Assembly (NCBI GenBank): GCA_051532035.1
Contig: JAOPTW010000011.1
Span: 62,043 to 126,042, forward strand
Reading direction: 5' to 3'
Length of the DNA: 64,000 bases
Source: Fibrobacterales bacterium
GTDB taxonomy: Bacteria > Fibrobacterota > Fibrobacteria > Fibrobacterales > JAOPTW01
Within the stretch, counting starts at the first letter, position 1, and each line of letters starts with the position of its first letter. Positions 1 through 7,078 of this stretch are shown piece by piece. The notes beneath the pieces were generated by a model, which ran no database searches, was not told where the DNA came from, and saw only the letters and a program-made list of their open reading frames with translations. The translations under genes and the position numbers were made by a program.

Positions 1-1807
1 TAGATATCTCTATGACGCCAAATCTATTTCTGCCGGTCTCAATGAGCTGTGTTGTTGCATGGCCCATGGGTATATTAAATGAGAGCCCATACCCGGTTTC
101 TGATTTTCTTAAGGTGAGTTCTGGCTCTGCCTTGTGGAGTTCAATAAATACGTCACGGTCTACATGATATATGTAGGGATGTCCCATCAGGGCAATGAGT
201 GCTTTGGAAGTGTTGAGTTCATAATCTTTACCCGAACCCCAGTAGCCTCTATGTGAACTCTCGGTAATACAGCGGCCCGCATCTTTATCTTGCTGAAGCA
301 TGTTGGGCACTTTATGCTCTTTCAATCTCTTGAGCGCAACAGCACGCCCTTTAGTCCATCCTCCGGATTTAGTTCGTTTTTGCTCGGTTGGTACCAGATC
401 TATTTCTTGATGGTTGTATATAGTAGACGGCGGGAGGAGCTTCCAGATAATCCTACTTTCTGGTTCATCAGATTCGAGCTCCTCAGGTTTGCCTGCTGGT
501 GCCAAAAGTGATAACGTAGAGAGTACCTTCTCCCAGTCTTGCTGTACAACGTAGAGTCCTTTAAGTGAGCGCATATCGGGAAAACGTTTTTTGAGTCGTT
601 TAATTTCTGCCCCATCATACTGCTTGGGGTAGAGGTCGGCAAGGTGTAATCCCAAAAGAGGAGCGCCATTGTCTAAATAGTCTTGCGCTAGGTGACGAGT
701 AAAATTGGGAAGGATCGATTGTTTGTCTGATCCTTTGTAAAACCAATACCAGGTAAGGCTATTAAAGAGCCCCGACCACATGCAGGTATTGTCTATTCGA
801 GCGATAAAGTGTTTGGGAAAGGTCTCTTTAAGCCCTCTCACTAAATGGGCAAACCACAAGCGATGCTCAAAGAAGTCATCGATATTTTCGCTCTTCTTAT
901 GATACTGCTCTGCATTAAGAGGATCGGTGATCGTTTTCAGAAACAAATAGATAATAGTGAAAGGAGTATTGGGTATTTTACTTCGTTTCTTAGTATTCTT
1001 TCGCCATGCGATAATGGTATCATCATAGAGGGCTATGGCTTTTGGGGCATCGGCATGAATCAATGCTTGCATGGTAAAAGGGTAGAGTGTCGATCCTGTT
1101 TGGGTGTCGTGTAAGCGTAACAAGCGTTCCGCATTTTTAAGATCGCCATTGAGAAAGAGAGACAGTCCGAGCCCGGGAAGAAGATCTTGGTCTTCTTCAA
1201 TCAGATGTTGTATTGGGTCGAATAACTCAGAATTAAGCAGCTTGGGCGAAAGATCGTTGAACAAATTTGCATAGTTTGTGTATCGAATTCTATAGAGGCT
1301 TAATAATAATCGATTGTGACGCGATTGTATGAATGGTTCAGTCAGGTGTTCGATGATAGTGTTCATCATATTTGAAAACTGAATATAGAGTGGGGGTGTT
1401 GCGAACTTTAGGGAGCTTACGAAGTCATCAGCATGATTGACGTAGAAGAGTATTCTTAAAAAGTAGTTGTTAAAAATGCCATTTGAAATTCCTGCAGAGT
1501 AGAGATAGTCAATACACCACGCATTTTGATGGCTTAAGCAACACTCAATCAGCGCCTTGTGGTACGAGTGCTGGGTAATATCTTCCATTAACGCATTTTT
1601 TGCACCGTCGGTCAGAGTCAATTGCGCACTAGAAACACCGTCAATCAGTTCAGGAAAGTCCGAGAGTCGTATAATGCACTCTTTAATAGTTTTGAGGGTA
1701 ATTGTTCCCCACATATCCATATAGATTAAGCGAATATTCGCTATTTTCATGGATGGCACGCCACAGATTGCCGCAATTTGAAAGATTCGGAGGTCATCCT
1801 CACTCAT
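1..1807 (-). CDS. Large hypothetical protein, N-terminal ~600 aa only (3' end runs off the window). It may be the N-terminal region of an SNF2/helicase-associated protein, but that call is weak.
   Basis: This ORF is absent from the supplied track because it has no stop inside the window. Reading the minus strand in the frame of ATG 1807-1805, I found no stop codon down to position 1. I spot-checked plus-strand TTA/CTA/TCA at positions = 2 mod 3 over 1-300, 661-720 and 1081-1140. An alternative GTG start lies at 1870. The translation looks like real protein: MSEDDLRIFQIAAICGVPSMK...RIIWKLLPPSTIYNHQEIDLVPTEQKRTKSGGWTKGRAVALKRL... Confidence 0.7.
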   Translation of the reverse strand, partial: MSEDDLRIFQIAAICGVPSMKIANIRLIYMDMWGTITLKTIKECIIRLSDFPELIDGVSSAQLTLTDGAKNALMEDITQHSYHKALIECCLSHQNAWCIDYLYSAGISNGIFNNYFLRILFYVNHADDFVSSLKFATPPLYIQFSNMMNTIIEHLTEPFIQSRHNRLLLSLYRIRYTNYANLFNDLSPKLLNSELFDPIQHLIEEDQDLLPGLGLSLFLNGDLKNAERLLRLHDTQTGSTLYPFTMQALIHADAPKAIALYDDTIIAWRKNTKKRSKIPNTPFTIIYLFLKTITDPLNAEQYHKKSENIDDFFEHRLWFAHLVRGLKETFPKHFIARIDNTCMWSGLFNSLTWYWFYKGSDKQSILPNFTRHLAQDYLDNGAPLLGLHLADLYPKQYDGAEIKRLKKRFPDMRSLKGLYVVQQDWEKVLSTLSLLAPAGKPEELESDEPESRIIWKLLPPSTIYNHQEIDLVPTEQKRTKSGGWTKGRAVALKRLKEHKVPNMLQQDKDAGRCITESSHRGYWGSGKDYELNTSKALIALMGHPYIYHVDRDVFIELHKAEPELTLRKSETGYGLSFNIPMGHATTQLIETGRNRFGVIEIS

Positions 1808-2044
1808 CTCGTATGAGGTGAGATTTATTAAGGGGTATTTGTGGTGCTTATTGAGAGAGTTTTCTGACACGTGTTGCCTGATTTCGTGGGAGAGAGCGTT
1901 ATGCTAAAGATAGTTAATATTTACGGGTATTCTAGAGAACAATTTGCCCTTGGTAGGGGCTTATTTGGGGTTTTAAACCTTAAAAATAAATGATTTGTCT
2001 AGATTTAAGCCATTACAACTGCTTCCTCATTAAGGGCGATACTC

Positions 2045-2401
2045 ATGAATAAATCAAACAGCATCTTCTCCTTTGTCATCTTTATACTCACCCTTATGAT
2101 ATCTATTTTTACTGCTTTTGGTACGGCGGGAATGATTCGACTGGAAGTGGCCAACTATCACCATTACTATTGGTTTCTTGTGGCGCTCTTTGGCGGGGGT
2201 GTTATTTATTCATATGCACTGAATGATCTTAAACCACTGACCTGTGTGGCTATTTTAAATATACCGATGGTTCTGTTGATGATAGGGGTTCTCTTTATCG
2301 ATATTGGAGGCTATGACAAGTCACTCATTTTTGTGCCGTTTTTTGTGAGTCTCTCGGCACAACTCTTTGTGGTGAGACGTATTGATGGGTATTTGAGGTA
2401 A
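2045..2401 (+). CDS. Small integral membrane protein, function unknown
   Basis: 118-aa ORF starting at ATG. Most of its length consists of 3-4 hydrophobic helices. Confidence 0.55.
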   Translation: MNKSNSIFSFVIFILTLMISIFTAFGTAGMIRLEVANYHHYYWFLVALFGGGVIYSYALNDLKPLTCVAILNIPMVLLMIGVLFIDIGGYDKSLIFVPFFVSLSAQLFVVRRIDGYLR

Positions 2402-2501
2402 CTAACCACTATCATAAAAACGAGTTCCAAAAAGGAACTTTTTTGAGCGACATTTAGTCCGGATTTTCCATATATTTGATCTATATAACTATGGAGAAAC
2501 C

Positions 2502-3347
2502 ATGAAAATCATACATTATACATGCTTCGCACTACTATCTTTGCTGACCCTCAGTGGCTGTAATGCAACTCAATCATCTGGTACCGAATCAAGTACAACC
2601 TCAGATTTTGAATCATCGAGTACACCTACATTTGAATCATCAAGTACAGAGAGCACATCGAGCGAAGAAAACGACGAGGGAGTGAGTTCATCAATTGAGG
2701 CCTCATTATCCAGTGAAACTGAAGAGGTTTTTACAGAAAGTTCTATAGAAAGTTCCGTACTCGCTGAATCAAGCTTTGATATTTTATCTCGTTCGAGCAG
2801 TGAAGAAGTAGAGACAGAAGATGGTGAAAGTAGCCTCGATCTAATTGCTGACCTTTCAAGTTCTTCACAGTCAAACGAAGTAGAATTCAATGAAGAAACA
2901 GTGACACAACTGTTTAATATCGTTGGTTTCAAAGGAGTTGCAGGGGCAGATGATGCGCTTAAAAATTCCTTTACTGGAGTATTTGGCCGCTTAGATAGTA
3001 ATGGGGACAATCTCATTGTACTCGATGAATATATTGCATCACCAATGTTTGATGAAACAGCGGCAACCGGAATTTATAACGCAACCGATCGTGACAAAAA
3101 TGGGAGTATTACCCTCGAAGAGTATATTGAAAATCGCATCATTACTGATGAAGCAAAACTCATTTTTGAGGAACATGATACTGATGGTGATGGTTTTCTA
3201 ACTTCAGAGGAGTGGGTGGCGAGTAGTAACTTGGATGAAGCAATTGCAGTGGCATCATTCGAAGCATTTGATAGCGACTTAAATGGCCAGGCAACAACTC
3301 CAGAGTATTTAGTTGTTTGGGGAGCGTGGGCCCGTTCTGAATATTAG
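2502..3347 (+). CDS. Secreted lipoprotein with an acidic Ser/Glu-rich linker and EF-hand-like calcium-binding loops
   Basis: Lipobox LLTLSGC. Long S/E/T-rich low-complexity linker. Four DxDxDG-type loops: LDSNGDNLIVLDEY, DRDKNGSITLEEY, DTDGDGFLTSEEW, DSDLNGQATTPEY. Confidence 0.8.
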   Translation: MKIIHYTCFALLSLLTLSGCNATQSSGTESSTTSDFESSSTPTFESSSTESTSSEENDEGVSSSIEASLSSETEEVFTESSIESSVLAESSFDILSRSSSEEVETEDGESSLDLIADLSSSSQSNEVEFNEETVTQLFNIVGFKGVAGADDALKNSFTGVFGRLDSNGDNLIVLDEYIASPMFDETAATGIYNATDRDKNGSITLEEYIENRIITDEAKLIFEEHDTDGDGFLTSEEWVASSNLDEAIAVASFEAFDSDLNGQATTPEYLVVWGAWARSEY

Positions 3348-3445
3348 TCTCAATATGTTTGCATATATCACCTACTTTATATACCCTTATACATATTCAT
3401 TAAGGAACTATTCAGTAGGTTTACGTCTTATAAAAAAGGAACGAT

Positions 3446-4270
3446 ATGGAGTTGATTTATGGCTATCTTGACTACCGAAAATATCTGAAGGATAGATTTG
3501 AGCATCTACGAAATACAGATCCTGATTTTAGTTTAAAACGGATTAACATCGAAATAAAAGCAACATCGGGTGGGTTTATTTCGAATGTAATCGCAGGACG
3601 AAAAAACCTTACCCACGCTCAAATCCCTCTTTTAAGCTCTTACCTTAACCATAACAAAAGTGAAAAACGTTATTTTGAGGCGCTCCTCTACTTTACCCGT
3701 ACCAAAAAACGCGAAGAAAAAGAACACTACTTCTCTATAATGAGAAGCCTCCAAAAAGCCAACATCAAAAAGATACCTTCTGAAGCACTCTGCCTCTTTG
3801 AGAAATGGTACTATGTGACCGTCCTCAATATTTTGAGAGTACACAAGTTTAGTGGACACTATAAAGAGCTCTCACAAATACTGATCCCCGAGATAACGGT
3901 TTCAGAGGCTAAACAGTCGATTGCTCACCTCCTCGACCTCGGTCTTATTAAGAAAGGTGGTCCATTAGGGTATACGGTATTAGATTCTATTCTCACGACA
4001 GGTGACGAAGTCCAGTCACTCTATGTAACGCCCTACCATCAAGCATTGCTCGAAACAACTTCGAAAGCACTGCCTCGTATTCCGGCAGATACACGGGACA
4101 TTTCAAGCATTACAATGACTATCTCTGAGAATACCTTTTTTAAAATCAAAGGAGAGCTCCAGCAGTTTCGCAAAAATATTTTAAATTTAGTAGAATCTGA
4201 TACAGCACCAAACAAAGTATATAACATGAATATGCAATTTATACCGGTAACTCGCGAGTTGAACAAATGA
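3446..4270 (+). CDS. TIGR02147-like protein (paralogous family first defined in Fibrobacter succinogenes), cytoplasmic
   Basis: N-terminal pattern YLDYRKYLKDRFEHLR...FSLKRINIEIK...GFISNVIAGRKNL matches my recollection of the TIGR02147 family. No signal peptide. The stop overlaps the next gene's start (ATGA). Confidence 0.6.
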   Translation: MELIYGYLDYRKYLKDRFEHLRNTDPDFSLKRINIEIKATSGGFISNVIAGRKNLTHAQIPLLSSYLNHNKSEKRYFEALLYFTRTKKREEKEHYFSIMRSLQKANIKKIPSEALCLFEKWYYVTVLNILRVHKFSGHYKELSQILIPEITVSEAKQSIAHLLDLGLIKKGGPLGYTVLDSILTTGDEVQSLYVTPYHQALLETTSKALPRIPADTRDISSITMTISENTFFKIKGELQQFRKNILNLVESDTAPNKVYNMNMQFIPVTRELNK

Positions 4271-4974
4271 AAACGGTACATCTAAAACTCCTATATACTC
4301 TTTTCTCGGTACTTATTGCTTTCACTTTCATAAGCTGTAGTCTCTCTGAAGACGTTTCTGGGAGTGGTGCTACAGAAGTAGGTAACCCAAAGCTTGCAAG
4401 CGTAGAAGGTGTATTACTTAATGAAGATGGAACACGCGCACCATTTATGCCATTCATACTATCACAAAAAGATTCTGTCGATGTACCACTGTTACTCAAA
4501 CAAGGTGCTATAGAGTTGACCTCTTCAGATAGTGGACGTTCATCGGTTATTGATACCACAGATTCAGAGGGAGCATATTATGTCTCACACCTCATTCCAG
4601 GCTCATACATTCTCACCTCAAGCCCTGATACTAGCGCACTTCCTATTCGCCTAGAGTTTTCGTTAACCACACAAGAGCATAAGACTCTGGCTCCTGCATT
4701 ACCACAATCACCGGGAAGTCTTTCAGTCACCTTTACCTCTCAGATACATACGGTTCAGCTCGTTACAATTCGTATCTATTCGCCTGAACAGATATACACT
4801 CATCTCTATAAAGAGTTCGATGCTACCTTTGAGAAATCTATTGCCCCTGGTACCTATTTTATACGGTTTATCGTGCCAGAGAAGAATGGAGATAATCACC
4901 TGTTTATCAATCGTACTGTCACTATTGTGTCAGGAGAAGAGAACGCCTTCCAAGTTTCAATAGACGCAGAATAG
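4267..4974 (+). CDS. Lipoprotein with a carboxypeptidase-regulatory-like beta-sandwich segment
   Basis: Lipobox FTFISCS. Motif DSEGAYYVSHLIPGSYIL is typical of CarboxypepD_reg-like folds. A 4-nt overlap with 3446..4270 suggests co-transcription. Confidence 0.65.
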   Translation: MKTVHLKLLYTLFSVLIAFTFISCSLSEDVSGSGATEVGNPKLASVEGVLLNEDGTRAPFMPFILSQKDSVDVPLLLKQGAIELTSSDSGRSSVIDTTDSEGAYYVSHLIPGSYILTSSPDTSALPIRLEFSLTTQEHKTLAPALPQSPGSLSVTFTSQIHTVQLVTIRIYSPEQIYTHLYKEFDATFEKSIAPGTYFIRFIVPEKNGDNHLFINRTVTIVSGEENAFQVSIDAE

Positions 4975-5153
4975 CGGTGATTTGATACATTATTGTATCC
5001 AATACCAAGATACTTAGTTGGTGGGGTAGTGCGATTACCCCATTTATAAGCAATCCTAACAAGAGTGGTTATAAATACTCCCTGTATTCTTTGACTTTGG
5101 GTGCCGAACTGTGATATTATAAAATGGTATGATATGATTTCATAGGAGGCATT

Positions 5154-5549
5154 ATGGTTGTGCCGACAAAGCCTAGAATATTATTTGTCGATGACTCTCA
5201 GCTTATTCTTGATGCAATGAAGCGAAGATTAATATCTATCAAATCGGAATGGGATATTGTATTTTGTTCAAGTGGTTATGAGGCATTAGAATTAATGGGG
5301 GAAACCCCTTGTCTAATGGTAATTACGGATTTGAAAATGCCTGGAATGGATGGGCTTGAGTTGCTCAATACAGTAAAAGAACGCTTTCCTGACACTATTA
5401 GAGTTATTCTTTCTGGGGACTCTGACAGCGAGGCATTCCTTAAAACATGTGATTCCGTTCATCAATTTCTATCCAAGCCCTGCGATACTACCATCATAAA
5501 AAAGGTTATTGTGCATGCTGTTCATAATTTTTCGCTTAACAACCCATAG
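5154..5549 (+). CDS. Stand-alone response-regulator receiver domain (CheY-like)
   Basis: ILFVDD...VITDLKMPGMDGLELL...ILSGD...SKP supplies the acidic pocket, phospho-acceptor Asp and conserved Lys. AGGAGG RBS lies 6 nt upstream. Confidence 0.9.
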   Translation: MVVPTKPRILFVDDSQLILDAMKRRLISIKSEWDIVFCSSGYEALELMGETPCLMVITDLKMPGMDGLELLNTVKERFPDTIRVILSGDSDSEAFLKTCDSVHQFLSKPCDTTIIKKVIVHAVHNFSLNNP

Positions 5550-5797
5550 AAATATTGTAAGTAATTGAAACCTCTTTTAACTCATGTACAAGCTCTGCTA
5601 ATATACCCCAATACAATTAAGAAATAGTGCAACTATTATTTCTTAAATCGTATTTAAGGTCGTTCAGTAGATGGCGTTTTTTTAATAATTTACTCTATTC
5701 AGTCAAACAAAGATTATTTTATAAAGAGTAGAGTCTTCCATTAGACTCAACAGTTATAATTGTCGGTTCATTTTTTCAAGCATAAAAGTGATCAATT

Positions 5798-6256
5798 ATG
5801 AAACCACAAATCAGAATCGCAACCATAGATGATGTTGATACCATAGTGCCATTACTCACAGAATTATACGATCAAGTCATTGATCTTATTTCAAATGCTG
5901 CCGCTCAAAAGGCCGGGATTTCAAAAGTTATATCAAACCCTGATTTTGGTACCGTTTTAATTGCAGAAATAGACAACCAAATAATAGGAGTGCTCAATAT
6001 ACAATATACCATCAGTGCCGCAACAGGTGGTGTAGTTGCAACTTTTGATGACTTGATTATAACTAATGAGTATCAGAGCAAAGGAATGGGGGAGTTCTTG
6101 TTAAAAGCGGGAATAGACCATGTTAAAAGTATGAATATACCAAGGATATCATTGATGACTGATTTTGACAATGACACTGCGATAGCATTTTATGAAAAAC
6201 ACGGTTTCTCAAAGTCAGCTATGATTCCATTTGTACTGCAACTAAAAGATGGGTAA
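5798..6256 (+). CDS. GNAT-family N-acetyltransferase
   Basis: 152 aa. Acetyl-CoA-binding motif-A-like segment YQSKGMGEFLLKAGIDHV, followed by AIAFYEKHGF. Confidence 0.8.
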   Translation: MKPQIRIATIDDVDTIVPLLTELYDQVIDLISNAAAQKAGISKVISNPDFGTVLIAEIDNQIIGVLNIQYTISAATGGVVATFDDLIITNEYQSKGMGEFLLKAGIDHVKSMNIPRISLMTDFDNDTAIAFYEKHGFSKSAMIPFVLQLKDG

Positions 6257-6349
6257 GTATAGAAATGGGGAAGTAAGGTCAAACCAGAGGTTTACTTCCG
6301 TCTAGCATACTGACAAATAAACCACTTTAATATCTATTTTTAAGTGTTC

Positions 6350-6805
6350 CTACTCAAAATCATCAAAGTAATCATCATAGCTAGGCTCAGGCCTCAACAG
6401 GCGCATCCCTATGAAGAGGGATTCTTCGAATGTAAATACGATGTTTAAAGAGCGGATCATAATCTCATAGAAATCCCCTTGGTCTTCTTCTTGTAAATCG
6501 CTTATTTCTACATTGGAATGGATGATGTTTCTCACGAGCATAATGTGGTGCTTGTAGGGGATGACCTGATCAAAGACTATGACATCAGAACTCCATATAT
6601 CAATTGCAGAAATTTCATAATTATTCTCTTTCCAAAATTCAAAGCTCATACGATTCCGGTGGTAGAACCAAGAATAATAGTAGCCGCTTTCTTCATCGTG
6701 TTCTACCTCTTGCGGTTCGCCGAGAGTCTTTTTGATATCTGATTTCGAACTTTCAAATCCAATGGAGTTTACACCCCAGTTTGGTTTTATCGTATATGTT
6801 TCCAT
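6350..6805 (-). CDS. Hypothetical cytoplasmic protein
   Basis: The track ORF starts at TTG 6841. I prefer the internal ATG at 6805 (METYTIKPNW...). No recognisable motif. Confidence 0.5.
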   Translation of the reverse strand: METYTIKPNWGVNSIGFESSKSDIKKTLGEPQEVEHDEESGYYYSWFYHRNRMSFEFWKENNYEISAIDIWSSDVIVFDQVIPYKHHIMLVRNIIHSNVEISDLQEEDQGDFYEIMIRSLNIVFTFEESLFIGMRLLRPEPSYDDYFDDFE

Positions 6806-7078
6806 AGTGTGCTCTTGGTAAAAGGGCGGTGTTTTAGACAAGAATACTATGTTTTAGGGGCAGAGACCACTGTTTTGGTGAGGTTTTGTGTGGATTTAGA
6901 AGCTTTCCCATTCTGTAGTTGATACCTTTGATGTAGTTTTAGCTTTTTGGATGACATTTAGTTTGTAGCTAATAATGTCCACACAAAAAAAGTAGCTACA
7001 TACTCAAGAACTCTGTTTACACCCCTGTTTTCTATCTTTTTGGACCAATATATCCTATTTCCCTTAAAAAGAGGACAC

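Noticed and set aside
290-1114. Track ORFs 290..511(+), 400..669(-) and 845..1114(+)
   Set aside because: They overlap the >600-codon minus-strand ORF 1..1807, which translates into a far more protein-like product.
2570-3016. Antisense or alternative-frame ORFs inside low-complexity or repeat-coding genes (2570..3016, 7649..8353, 12028..13027, 14086..14556, 35737..36889, 37708..38041, 54851..55294, 58494..58829)
   Set aside because: Each lies wholly within a longer ORF that has clear domain content on the other strand or frame. Ser-, Gly- and Asp-rich repeats naturally keep alternative frames open.
5620-5650. Hairpin aagaaatagtgcaactattatttctt downstream of the response-regulator gene as a terminator
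   Set aside because: The stem is AT-only and bulged, with no T-tract after it. It is too weak to call.
6269-6299. Hairpin ggaagtaa(15 nt)ttacttcc between convergent genes 5798 and 6350 as a bidirectional terminator
   Set aside because: The 8-bp stem is real, but the loop is long (15 nt) and there is no flanking T or A run. I did not call it as a feature.
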